In this document: positions 39,090 to 51,190 of the stretch, one piece after another
Position numbering within the stretch: the first letter of the stretch is position 1
How the letters are laid out: each line of letters opens with the position of its first letter
From: Chiloscyllium plagiosum
Taxonomy: Eukaryota
Assembly (NCBI RefSeq): GCF_004010195.1
Contig: NC_057720.1
Location: 16,717,394 to 16,781,393, forward strand
Length of the DNA: 64,000 nt
Reading direction: 5' to 3'
Made by a program: the position numbers and the translations under genes
The notes under the pieces: model-generated
Seen by the model: only the letters and a program-made list of their open reading frames with translations
Databases searched by the model: none
What the model was told of the DNA's origin: nothing

Positions 39090-40490
39090 AACAAATAACA
39101 AAACAATACAGTGCGGGAACAGTCACTTCAACTCTCCAAACCTGCACCAACACATGTTGCTGTTCTGTATTAAAACTGTTTTCACTTACAGGATCCATAT
39201 CCCTTTATTCCCTTCCTCTTCATGTATTTGTCCAGGTGTTTCTTGAATGCTGTAACTGCTTCCATCACTTCCTGTAGCAGTGCGTTCCAAGTACCCACCT
39301 TCCTTTGTGTGAAAAACTTGACTCTCACACCTCTTTTAAACTTCTCCCGCTGCGCCTTGAACCTGTGTCTCCTAGTAATTGACCTATCCACCCTGGAAAA
39401 AAGCCTAATACTTTTCACCCTATCCATGACTTTCACAATATTCCAGTGGAAACAAACTCAGTCTATCCAATCTTTCTTCATAGCTAAAATCTCCCATACC
39501 AGGCAACATAGTGGTAAATCTTTTCTGTACCCTCTCCAAAGCATTAGTGTGCTGACCAGAACTGTATGCAATATTCTAAGTGTAGCCTAACTAAAGTTCC
39601 AGAAAGCTGCAGCAAACCTTATCTGTCCTTGTATTCAATGCCCCTTCCAATGAAGGTAAGCATGCCATAGGCCGTTTTTACAACCTTATCTACCCGTACT
39701 GCCATCTTCAGTGATCTGTAGATCTGCATACCCAGATCCCTCTGCATATCAATAGTCCTAAGGGTTCTGCCATTGACTGTATAATTTCCACCTGTACTTG
39801 ACCTTCCAAAATGCATCATCTCATAGTTATCCAGATTAAACTCCATCTGCAATTTTTCTGCCCATGCCTCCAACTGATCTATATCCTGCTGTCTCCTCTG
39901 GCAATTCTCCTCACTCCACCAATCTTTATATCATCTGCAAACTTACTAATTAGACTAGAATGTTTTCCTCCAAATCATGTATGTAGACCACAAATAGCAG
40001 AGGTCCCAGCACTGATCCCTGTGGAACACCACTAATTACAACCCTCCATTTCAAAAAGCATCCTTCCACTGCCACCCTCCATCTCCCATGACTAAGGCAG
40101 TTCTGTATCCATCTTGCCAGTTCACCCCGGTACCTGTGACTTCACGTTTTGTACCTGTCAGCCATGACGGACCTTGTCAAAGGCTTTACTGAAATCCAAG
40201 TTGACAATATCAACTGCATTTCCCTCATGGATCAACTTCGTCACTGCCTCAAAAAACTCAGTCAAATTCGTGAGGCACAAAGCCACACTGTCGACTGCTA
40301 ATAAGTCCATTTGCTTTGAAATGCATATAGATCTTGTCCCTGAGAATCATTTCCAATAATTTCCCTACCACTGACGTGAGGCTCAAAAGCCTGTATTTTC
40401 CAGGATTATCCCTGCCGCACTTCTCAAACAATGGGACAACATTGGCTATTCTCCATCCTCTGGGACCTCACCTATGGCCAAAGAGGATAC
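39090..40490 (-). mobile_element. CR1 LINE, RT to 3' end
   Basis: ORFs 39182..39436 and 39619..39873. Confidence 0.88.
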
Positions 40491-41386
40491 AATGGCCTAG
40501 CCCATGATGTCCATATCCTATGAATGAATTTTTAAAAAGTCATGCTGCTGAGTTCTCAAAGAAAGAAAGGAGTCATTTCCCCCTTTTCATGTGCCAGTCA
40601 ATTCTCCCCATGCTGGGACTACACATCTTTCTGACAAGTAGACAATGCAGTTGATATTGTCAGCTCTCTCAGGTGGTATTGCATCCAGAATGGGGTTGCT
40701 TGAAGTCTCACCATAATTCAGTGAGAACATTAATTGGTTGTGAGAAACACAATATTGGTGGCCTTACATTCCCAGCCACCAATCTCTAATCCATATTGAA
40801 AAACACTATTTCTGTCTTGCCTCGCAATTCATATTTATTGCGTTACTTAGTGGTAGAGACCTATTATCTCGGGCTTAACCTAGTTTCATATGCAAGGCCT
40901 TGGTGTTATTCATCCTGGCACTGATTAATTTCCCACCCATTGTGTTAGGAGGTGGACTTACACAGTGTTTCACCTCCTAGTTTGTTCTCCAACTGACTGT
41001 GAGTAATGCCACTGAGAGTTTGTCTCATCAATGAGGAAGGAAATAAGCAGAAAAATTGCAATGTAATTAAACTATGTTATTGTAATATTTTGCAAAACAA
41101 TGTTTTGATGGAAAAGACTCAACAGTGAATAGAAACCTTCATCAAAAGATTGAATAAATAATGAGATATAGAAAGTGGACAGAAAATCGACTGTGCTGTT
41201 GTAGATTAATGTGATTGAATTGACTGGAAATGCATATAATTTTGGTAAATCATTGTACCTGTATATCTATGTGACAGTTTCAGATTTTCAAAATGAACCG
41301 TAATTCCAGAGGTTTAATCTGGAATGCTAGTAAACAGGTTTTAAGGATTATATATTTTGAGGTCTCATACTTGTTTCTGTTGACAG

Positions 41387-41520
41387 TTTACACAAGCATC
41401 TTGTTGAACATTTGAATGCTGAAATAATACTGAATACAATCACTGATGTCAATGTTGCTTTGGAGTGGATACGATCAACATTTCTTTACATAAGAGCTTT
41501 TAAAAATCCAAACCACTATG
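41387..41520 (+). CDS. HFM1: HFM1 exon (LHKHLVEHLNAEIILNTITDVNVALEWIRSTFLYIRAFKNPNHY)
   Basis: CAG/GTAAG; overlaps ORF 41412..41618. Confidence 0.97.
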
Positions 41521-41689
41521 GTAAGAATGAAAGCTTCCTAAAGTTGCACCTTAGCTTACAACATTATTTTTCACAGTTAGATTTTTATTCATATCTCTTC
41601 CAGATTGATAAGATATAAGTTCTGTTTCTGCCAGTCGTCATGATCCAATACACAATGAGTTTAGGAAATTTCAATTTAGTTTGTAATAA

Positions 41690-42345
41690 ATGTACATAAA
41701 CTTCCTCTCAAAGGAGTGGCTTATGAAAATGCCAGAAATGGTGTTAAGACTGAGGATTGGGAGATATTTGGGACCTAACAAAGAAGGACTGTAGAACTGA
41801 TGAGGATCACATTTGGACCATCCTGGTTGGACCACATTCGGAGTATTGTTTGCAGTTTTGGGCCCGAAAATCTCTGGAAGGATGTACTGAACTTGGAATG
41901 TGTTCAGAGGAGATTCACGAGAATGGTCCCAGGAATAGAAAGCTTAATATACGAGGTATGTTTGAGGACTCTGCTTCTATACTCAATGGAGTTTTAAAGG
42001 ATGTGGGGGGATCTAATTGAAACATAGAGAATACTGAATGGCCTGGTCATAGTAGATATTGGGAAGTTGGTTACATGGGTGGGATAGACGGGGACCCGAG
42101 GGCACAGTCTTAGAATAAAGGGAAGACCTTTTAGAACAGAGATAAGGAGAAACCACTTTGGCCAGGGGCTGTGGAGGCTTGATCATTGTGTCTATTTCAG
42201 ACTGAGATAGATATATTCTTGACTATCAAGGGGACAAAAGGTTATGGAGAGAAAGTGGAGAATAGGGTTGAGAAACATCAGCCATGATTGAATGGCAGAT
42301 GGGTTGAATGGCCTAATTTATGTTCCTATGTCTTATGGTCTAAAA
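41690..42345 (+). mobile_element. Deleted CR1 3' portion
   Basis: LVGPHSEYCLQFW / VQRRFTRMVPG; tail cctatgtcttatggtct. Confidence 0.8.
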
Positions 42346-42384
42346 AAACCATTATGAATCCATGCTAACTGGGATCAGAAGGTG

Positions 42385-42550
42385 GGCATGGGGTGCTAGA
42401 AAAACACAGCAGGTCAGGCACCATTCGGGGAGCAGGAGAATCCACATTTCAGGCATTAGCCCTTCATCCAAACATCCAAACACCTGCTGTGCTTTTCCAG
42501 CATTCCACTTTTGAGTCTGATCTCCAGCATCTGCAATCCTCACTTTCTCC
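42385..42550. mobile_element. Fold-back family A element
   Basis: Flanked by TGGGATCAGAAGGTG / TGGGAACAGAAGGTG (42370-42384, 42551-42565). Confidence 0.75.
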
Positions 42551-42664
42551 TGGGAACAGAAGGTGACCTATAAAAGCTTCTATTGATATATGAAAGGAAA
42601 GACTACAGCAAGCATATATGTAGGCCTATTGCAAATGGAACAGAAGGAATTACAGTGAAGAATA

Positions 42665-42996
42665 GGACAATGGCACCATGGCTCAGTGGTTAGCACTGCT
42701 GCCTCACAGCACCAGGGACCCAAGTTCGATTCCAGCCTCGGGCAACTGTCAGTGTAGAGTTTGCATATTCTCCCAGTATCTACATGGATTTCCTCCCACA
42801 GCCCAAAGATGGGCAGGTTAGGTGAATTGGCCATGCTAAATTGCCCATAGTGATCAGGGATGTGTAGGCTCGGTGAAGTCAGGGGAAATGTAGAATAATT
42901 GGGGTAGGAAAATGGATCTGGGTGGGATACTGTTCGGAGGGTTGGTGTGGACTTGTTGAGCCAAATGGTCTGTTTCCACACTGTAGGGATTCTATG
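42665..42996 (+). mobile_element. HE1-type SINE
   Basis: tRNA head, core and tail. Confidence 0.87.
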
Positions 42997-43149
42997 AAGT
43001 GGTGAATTAATGAAATTAGAGCTCTTGGGATTGGGGGAAAGTACTAGAAAGACAGTGGTAAGATCACTGTCAGGATGGCACACTATTACAAATGGGATTT
43101 TGCAAAGATCTATGCCAGGCCCCCAACTATTGACGATCTGTATTAATGT

Positions 43150-43482
43150 GGGTGGCATGGTGGCACAGTGATTAGCACTGCTGCCTCACAGCACCAGAGA
43201 CCCGGGTTCAATGCCTGCCTCAGGCGACTGACTGTGTGGAGTTTGCACATTCTCCCCGTGTCTCCGTGGGTTTCCGCCGGGTGCTCCATTTTCCTCCCAC
43301 AGTCCAAAAATGTGCAGGTTAGGTGATTTGGCCATGCTAAATTGCCCGTAGCATTAGGGGCAGGGGTAAATGTAGAGGAATGGGTCTGGGTGGGTTGCGT
43401 TTTGGCAGATCGGTGTGGACTTGTTGGGTCGAAGGGCTTGTTTCCACTCTGTAAGTAATCTAATCTAATCTAATCTGATCTA
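43150..43482 (+). mobile_element. HE1-type SINE
   Basis: Full head; (TCTAA)n tail. Confidence 0.9.
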
Positions 43483-43789
43483 ATGATTTGGAAGTGGGGA
43501 CATTGTAATATTTCCAGATTTGTGGATGACACCAAAACGGGTGTGAATGTAAGTTGCAAGAGGATGCAGGGAGGCTTCAAGAAGACATAAGTAAAGGTAC
43601 AGTTGTCATGGTCTTACCAGACTATAGGGCTGCTCTCTCATCAGTACAACTCGTGATAGTCATCATGCCTTAGGGTGAGGAGAAGTTGAGAAGAAAAATC
43701 TTTTATGGTAACTTTAGCCAGTGCAGGAATTGAGCTCACACTGTTGTCAACATTCTGCATCATAAACCAGCTGTCCTGGTAACTGAGCT

Positions 43790-44335
43790 ACTTACTCAGA
43801 TTAGACTCCAATTGCCATTTCTCCACCCATATCTGCAAGTGATCTATATTCTGCTCCATCCTTTGACATCCTTCTACATTATTCATACCTACACCAATCT
43901 TTGTATCATCTACAAATGTACTAATCAACCCATCTATATTTTCATCCAAGTCATTTATATATTCAACAAATAGTAGAGGTCCCTGCAGAACACCACTGGA
44001 CATGGACCTCCAGCCAAATAAAAACACACTTCCACCACTACTCTCTGCCTTCTGTTGGCAAGGCAATTCTAATCCACACAGCCAAGTCACCATGCATCTT
44101 AATCTTCTGGATGAACCTACCATTAGGGACCTTGTCAAAAGCATTATTAAAATTCATGTAAACAACATCCACTGCTTTACTGTCATGAATCACCTTTGTC
44201 GCCTCCTCAAAAAATTCAATTGAGTTAGTAAAACATGGTCTACCCCACGCAAATCCATGCTGACTGTCCCTAACTGGGGCATGCTTTTCCAAATGCATGT
44301 AAATCCTACCCTGAAGAATTATGTCCAATAGATAT
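43790..44335 (-). mobile_element. CR1 RT fragment
   Basis: ORFs 43788..44144 and 44038..44328. Confidence 0.85.
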
Positions 44336-44659
44336 GGGAATTAATCTTCAATTTTTGGCTAAGTCCAACTTGTATTTAGTTTTTAGAGCTTTTTTTACCA
44401 CAAGGTCGAGTAAATTCACCATATTTAACAAATGATTTTTTGCATTAATTACCTGCCATATCCCATGCTATCACTCACTTCTGTTTCCAGCCCCATTCTT
44501 TACCATGCACCATTCCCAGAATAACTCATATCTCAGTAGATATCCACTGTAAGACTGGCATCCCTTGCGCCTGTGCCATATTTAAAAGGCTGCTGTGCAT
44601 CAGGACATCTGCTGGCATTCCAAAGCTGTCCTGCTTGTTGATGGATTCATCAGAACAAG

Positions 44660-45290
44660 GCTGAAAAGGGGAAGACAGTGCCATGATTCTCCAACAGAGA
44701 CCCGGAAGTCCTAGTGGACAGGGTGGTGCAAAAGAGAGGAGCCATTTTCCTAGAGGACCTGCAGAGAATGCTGCATAACCAGATCCTGGCAATTTGAACT
44801 GAGGTTGCCACTTGAGTCAGTGCCATCTCCACAGTGCAGAAGAATAGCTATTAAAAAGTCAGAGAACTTCTCTGTTAGGCCAAGGTGAATGCCATATTTC
44901 TGTTTATCATCTCACAATCATCTATCTCTGCTACGACACTGCCTTCCTACTGTTGCCTGTAACATCTTCCTTCACGTGATCTTATCCACTCCAATGTCCT
45001 ACACCAGTAGCCAAACATGCCCTGTGTGCTGCCTCCTCACTTACTAGGAACGTCTCACCACCTTTCTGCCATATGCACCAGCACTAATAGCTGTGTCACC
45101 CACATCACTGAATCATTGCCTTTCTCTCATTACAGAAAAAGACAATCCATAATAGGGCAGTACAAGTCCATATGGGTTGAGGTGCCCGACATTTGGATAG
45201 AATTGCAAGAGAAGAGTGGGACGACTCCTGCAGAGATGCAGAGACATTCCCAGCAATTGAGTATGTGCAGCTCTTCATTTCCCTGAAAAT
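44660..45290 (+). pseudogene. Myb/SANT-like (NAIF1-type) gene relic of a PIF/Harbinger transposon
   Basis: AEKGKTVP*FSNRDPEVLVDRVVQKRGAIF...AI*TEVAT*VSAISTVQKN, then a GT...AG intron and a KKTIHNR... second exon. Confidence 0.6.
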
Positions 45291-45297
45291 GTCATTG

Positions 45298-45640
45298 TCA
45301 TAGAGTCATACAGCATGGGAACAGACCCTTTGGTCCAATTAGTCTATGCCAACCAAGTTTCCCAAACTAAACTAGTCCCAATTGTCGGCATTTTGTCTAT
45401 ATCTCTCCAAATCTCTCTTAAATGTAGTAACTACCTGCATCTACCACTGCCTTAGGCAGTTCATTTCACATACAAACCTCCCTCTGTGTGTAAAAGTTGC
45501 CCCTCAGGTCCCTTTTAAATCTTTCTTCTCTCCCCTAAAAATGTGCCCCCTAGTTTTGAACTTCCCTGCCCGAGGCAAAAGGCTTTTGATGTTCACCTTA
45601 TTTATCCCCCTCATGATTTTATAAACCTCTATAAGGTTAC
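45298..45640 (-). mobile_element. CR1 3' fragment inserted in the Harbinger relic
   Basis: gtcatagagtcatacagcatgg tail in antisense; EVYKIMRG. Confidence 0.85.
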
Positions 45641-45990
45641 CCTTCTGTCGGTGTTGTTCATTGCACAACACTTCTAACCAATGGCTGTGACACCTCTCTT
45701 GTGTCCTGCAGTTACCAGTGGGATGTCCATGACCCTGTAGAGAAATGGGCTGCTCTGACAGAAGACACCTCTGGGGAAGGGAGTTCCGAGGCCTCAAAAG
45801 CAACAGAGGGAGTGCAGGAGGCAACAGTGTGAATCAATTTAGATATTAACACCTTGTTAGTGCATTTAGCTTAGAGAGTATCTGAGCACAATCTTGTGAC
45901 GTCCTCACTGTGACAGCTCCATAATTAACCAAGGATTGGCCTAGAGTGCAGGCCACTGACCCTCTTACTTGGAGGACTGCTGGTGACCAG

Positions 45991-46053
45991 GCTCAGAAAA
46001 TGTGGTGCTGGAAAGCACAGCTGGTCAGGCAGCATCTGAGGAGCTGGAGAATC
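45991..46053 (-). mobile_element. Family A fragment starting at the predicted ribozyme cleavage site
   Basis: Ends ...gagctggagaatc. Confidence 0.6.
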
Positions 46054-46982
46054 CAGGTACTGCTCGTCTCTGCTTGAGACCAGGCACCTGCTCAGCCCCA
46101 GACAGCTGAGAACCTCCAGCCATTGGTAATTAGAAACTTAATTGACATACACAGGAAGACAAAGAAACAACAGAAAGGTAAGCAATGACTCTCATTGCCC
46201 AGAAGCTACATCAGTACAGCAAGTCATGCAAGTATAATGTGGTGGGAGAGCATTTTGGTGATAGTGACCACAACTGCCTCACATTCGACATAGCTATGGA
46301 GAAGGAGAGGATTAGGCAAAATGGGAGGATATTTAATTGGGGAAGAGGAAACTATCAGCAGTTGTGGAAGCAAGGTCATTGAGGACATTTAAGAGACTTT
46401 TGAGGGTGCATACATGAGGATCAATGGTCGGTACAACATCGTGGGCTGAAGGGCCTGTTCTGTGCTGTACTGTTCTATGTTCAATGTTCTAAGAAGATAG
46501 AGTAAGCTACTTGGACCTTTGAGCCTGCTATGCCATTCAGTCAGATCACAGCTGATCTGAGTATAACCTCAACTTTATAGTCGAATATATCCTCAATAAT
46601 ATTTCATTCCCTTGGTAATCAAGAATCTATTTAACTCTGCCTTAAAAATGTTTAAAGTGACGGTTGTCTGCCTCCATGGACAGGTTAGCAGCTGACATAG
46701 AGGACCATGTCCAACATCATTAGATGCAGTTGCAAGATTGGTGTTGCGCACTGCCATAAAGCAAAGTATGTGCTCCTTTGACTGAAGACTGCTGAGCAGC
46801 TGGTGTAACTGTGCTAATTGGCATGGAGGCAAAGCATGGTTAGTACTAGCATGCAGTTAGCCAATAAGTGTGTGAGTGAGTGCTTAGAGAACAAGTGAGT
46901 AGCTTTGAGATACAGCCTGGTCCAGTCTGTAAGCCTGTGGGTGTCCGTCCGTGCACCAAAGTGTGTCTGTTGCAGTGGAGAA

Positions 46983-47292
46983 ATTAGATTAGATTACTCA
47001 CAGTGTGGAAACAGGCCCTTCGGCCCAACAAGTCCACACTGCCCCGCCGAAGCGCAACCCACCCATACCCCTACATGTACCCCTTACCTAACACTACGGG
47101 CAATTTAGCATGGCCAATTCACCTGACCTGTACATCTTTGGACTGTGGGAGGAAACCGGAGCACCCGGAGGAAACCCACGCTGACACGGGGAGAACGTGC
47201 AAACTCCACACAGTCAGTTGTCTGAGGCGGGAATTGAACCCGGGTCTCTGGCGCTGTGAGGCAGCAGTGCTAACCACTGTGCCACCGTGCTG
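46983..47292 (-). mobile_element. HE1-type SINE, full length
   Basis: Head, core and (TTAGA)n tail all intact. Confidence 0.92.
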
Positions 47293-47834
47293 CCGACTGT
47301 GCTTCAATGCTAGTTGCCACTGCCTCCCAGCAATGTAAATCTGTGCTTCCATAGCATACTGCCAAAGTATCAGAGGTGCCATGATAGTTTGCGGATTTGG
47401 GAGATGCCAGATGTGATTATCCATGGAAGAGGTGTACAGAAACTGGTGCCTATGAATTGTGTCCTATGCTGCAGTTTGGATGTTTGCGATCTGGAGGATT
47501 TTTAGAGCAAGCTGTGAGTTTAATCCACCAGGTATCCAAATTGGTTTTCAAGTTGAGTTTTCTCAACATCTTACTTATTTGGTGAGTTTGGCAAGACAGA
47601 AAGCTGAACATTATTGTGGCTAGTTCTCTCATTAACATGAGATATAATAGGCAATAATTCCCATAATAGGAATTGTCACTGCCTAGTGAGAAATTCACCA
47701 TGTTGCTTATGAGAGAAATAAAAGGTGAAATGAGTTGTGGCTTATCTTTGGGCCTTCCCACACTTCTCATCCAATTCTGCCACACACCTTACTATTTCCC
47801 ACATTCTTCAGACCCCGACAAGATTCGTCCCAGT

Positions 47835-48590
47835 GTACTTCTTAAATGGTGAGAGGTTGGGAAATGTTGAAAGAAAATTGAGTATCCTTGTTCATGAGTT
47901 ACTAAAAGCTAGCATGCAGATTTAGTAGGCAAGTGAGAAGGCAAGCAGTATGTTAGCATTCATTTCAAGGTGATAAAGTTTAGAATTATGATGTCTTGCT
48001 GCAGAGAGCGTTCATCAGACATTCACCTCTGGGATAGTGAGGTTGCCTTATGAAGAGACACTGAGGACAAGATTTTATTCTTTAAAGTTTCAAAGACTAA
48101 GAGGTGCTCTAATTGAAAGTTACAATGTTCTTACTGTGCATGACAATGGATGTAGATAGGATGTTTTCCCTGTCTGGTGACTCTGGAACACTACACTTAA
48201 TCTCAGGATAAGATTTAAGATTGACATGCGGAGGAATTTGTTCACTCAGAGGATGGTGAATCTTTAGATTAGTTTTCTGGAGTCTAATGATTTTAAGGGA
48301 TCTGGAGCAGGAAAATGGCACTGGGGAGATGATCAACTATGATTTGGAATGGCAATGTTGCCTTGTTGAAATGAGTTGAAAAATGTGTTGCTGGAAAAAC
48401 GCAGCAGGTCAGGCAGCATCCAAGGAGCAGGAGAATCCGATTCTCCTGCTCCTTGGATGCTGCCTGACCTGCTGCGCTTTTCCAGCATCACATTTTTCAG
48501 CTCTGATCTCCAGCATCTGCAGACCTCACTTTCTCCTTGTTGAAATGAGTGGCCTACTTCTCATATATTCCTCTAATATAGCATTTTAGT
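47835..48590 (+). mobile_element. Old CR1 fragment
   Basis: YFLNGERL remnant; degraded 3' part. Confidence 0.65.
48377..48536. mobile_element. Near-perfect palindromic family A element
   Basis: Centre GGAGAATC-C-GATTCTCC at 48430-48446; direct repeat CCTTGTTGAAATGAGT at 48361-48376 and 48535-48550. Confidence 0.85.
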
Positions 48591-49214
48591 AAGTTAATAA
48601 AAATGCATTTTGTGAGAAATGGAAGATTTCAATCTGGTAGAGAGGAGATCTAATTTCAAAGTTTCAATTGGTCTATTTTATGACTGTCAGCAGGAATCTT
48701 CTCATCATGCTGGTATACTGGATCGAGGACTTTTGATAGGAGGTACAAAATAAGCAAAAGTATTCCATATTGCTGTACAAATGACTCTGACTGTGATGAG
48801 CACAAAACTTCACAAATATATAAATTCTACCTCTTATTTGTTGACTCATTAAATACGACTTTTTTTTGCACTCTGATCTAGTGGTGGTTTTTTTTATACA
48901 GTGGAGTTGGGGAGATTAATATAACCATATTCACAGTTAAGGATGCACATTTACAGAAGGTGTTAAATTATTTTTGTTAAGATAGATAGGATGTTTTCCC
49001 TGTCTGGTGACTCTAAGGATCAGTGATGCCTGGCTTCAGTTAACTGACCAATATTAATCCCAGTAGATTTTACATATAGTCTAATAGTTATTAATTTTAA
49101 TACAAACTGAACATCCTACTGCTATTGCTTATGACTATGATCCTTATTCTTATGGAATAGATATGAACAAAGAATGTAATGATTTCAAAAATAACAATTA
49201 TATGTTTTTCTGAG

Positions 49215-49262
49215 GTTTTTCTACTGGACAAGGTAGAGCTGGATTTGAAGCCAAGTTACAAG
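49215..49262 (+). CDS. HFM1: HFM1 small exon (GFSTGQGRAGFEAKLQ)
   Basis: Resembles recalled human GFASGLNKDGIEAKLQ; phase 1-1; GAG acceptor, GTACAG donor. Confidence 0.85.
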
Positions 49263-50372
49263 GTACAGATTACATTTAATCCTTTCTTTCCTATTGAAAA
49301 GTATAATAAAAAGCTGTTTATCAATTTTAGGTGTGTGAAACAAACATCACTTCCAACTTAAGAATACACACCTGATGATATTGGATCAGCTGCCAGTTAC
49401 ATCTGTCCAATTTTGCTTTGCATTTCAGTCAGAGTTCTATCCATAGACCTGTAGTTCCTTAACCAATCAAGAAATGTATCCTGGTGTTTTCGGCAATTCT
49501 ATTATTTAATGCAATAGGGTGTGCTCACTTAATTATTTGATAGAAATGAAAGTTAGCCCATTTTTATGCAAGTGAGGTTTTTTCTAAAATGATTGAAAGT
49601 GATTTTGATATGGTTTGTTGATAACAGGCTTGGCTCAATAGAAGCAATCATCACTAAGTCAGGTTATGGATTCAAGTCCCATTCCAGAAATTTGAATCTC
49701 TAACCTGGTTGACACTTCAGTGCAGTAGTGAGGAAACTGTGCTTCCTCCCCTCTAATAATGACTATAATTTGAAGTTATTTCAATGGCTGTGAAATGCTT
49801 TGGGACATCCTGAGGTCATGAAGGCAAGTATATAAATGCAAGTCCTTTCTTATATATCACAATAGCTGACTGTGTCATTTCCTGGCACCGAGCAGGAGGC
49901 TTAAGTACACACCAACATTTGTTTTTTCCATCAAGAAAAAACATTGGTTTGGTTTTCAGCAAGCATTGTGTGCACCAGAAATATATATTGGAAAACTCCA
50001 AAGTCCTCTGAGAATTCCTGAACCAAACACAATCTTTTATTTAATACTCGACCTATTGTAAACTGCAACATTAAATCTGCCTTAGTCCTGATTAATCAAG
50101 ACATAGTGTCCCTGAAGTCGCTCTTTATATTCTGATATGATCCTGGACCAGATTGCCAAGTTTATGTTATGGTCAGCTTGGCAACCTATAACTTATTTTT
50201 AGATGTTGACAAAAGGTGAGATGCAGCAGATTTAATGGAAGGGTAAACCCACAAGATTCCACATTTTTGGACAAATAGCAATATTTTATTGTATAAGTTG
50301 GAACGGTGATATAATCCGCAATACAAGTACAACTTATTCTTAATATCCAGAGTTAATATGTGGCAAGCATGG

Positions 50373-51190
50373 TGTAGTGATTATAATGAGGTCATCCAGC
50401 TGGACCTCACAGAATATGAGTTCCCTGATTGGGGCTGTTAGTCTGGTACAATCAAGGAGCCCTGGCTGACAGATGAAAAGGGCAATGTCAGAGATACCAA
50501 CATTCTGAGAGCTGACTCTGGATGAAGCAGTGCTACGGTCAAGGACTGATCATGTATAAATAAATGGTTACTTGGTGGCAGGATACTGGCTTCTGTGGAG
50601 TTATATTAGTGGCAATGAGTAAAGCACATTCCTGCAGAAACTCACTCACAGCAATCAACTTTGAGTTGCGGTGAGCATATCTTATATCATGCCTTTGTTT
50701 GGAAAGCTTGACTCATTCAACCCTGCTGTCAAGGACTGTAACCAGTATGTGGAAAGAATGCATTGTCTTTTCTGGGCAAATGACGTTATGGCAGTCAAAA
50801 ACCAATGAGTAATTTTTTGACAGCCTGTGGAGCTGCAATGTTTCCCTGAGGCACCAGATACTAAAACCTTTCAAGAATTGGTAGACATAGTACAGAATAT
50901 TGTGACCCCAAGCCTCCTCTAATTCTGAGAACCTATAGTTTTTCCTTGGCAGTTCAAGAACCAGGGGAATCCATATCGGGATTTTTGACGTACTTAAGAC
51001 AACTGGCAGAAGCCGGTGACTTCGGTTTAACCATTAATGAGATGCTTAAACGCTGTTTGATATGTGGGATTAATGATGTAACTGTGCAAAAACGCCAATT
51101 AGCTGAAGCTCAACTGGATTTCAAACAGGTGTCACGACTGGCTTTATCAATGGAAGATCGGCAAGTGGAGCATATGAGTTGCAGGGGATT
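50373..51190 (+). mobile_element. Gypsy element (K02A2.6-like): 5' LTR about 50373-50608, PBS-like TGGCAATGAG, gag from 50689
   Basis: MPLFGKLDSFNPAVKDCNQYVERM; QEPGESISGFLTYLRQLAE...LICGINDVTVQKRQLAE. Confidence 0.78.

Noticed and set aside
43150..43225. tRNA-like sequence as a tRNA gene
   Set aside because: It is a SINE head continuing into core and tail
47003..47424. Recurring ORFs such as TCKLHTVS...NPGLWRCEAAVLTTVPP
   Set aside because: Spurious translations of HE1 SINEs
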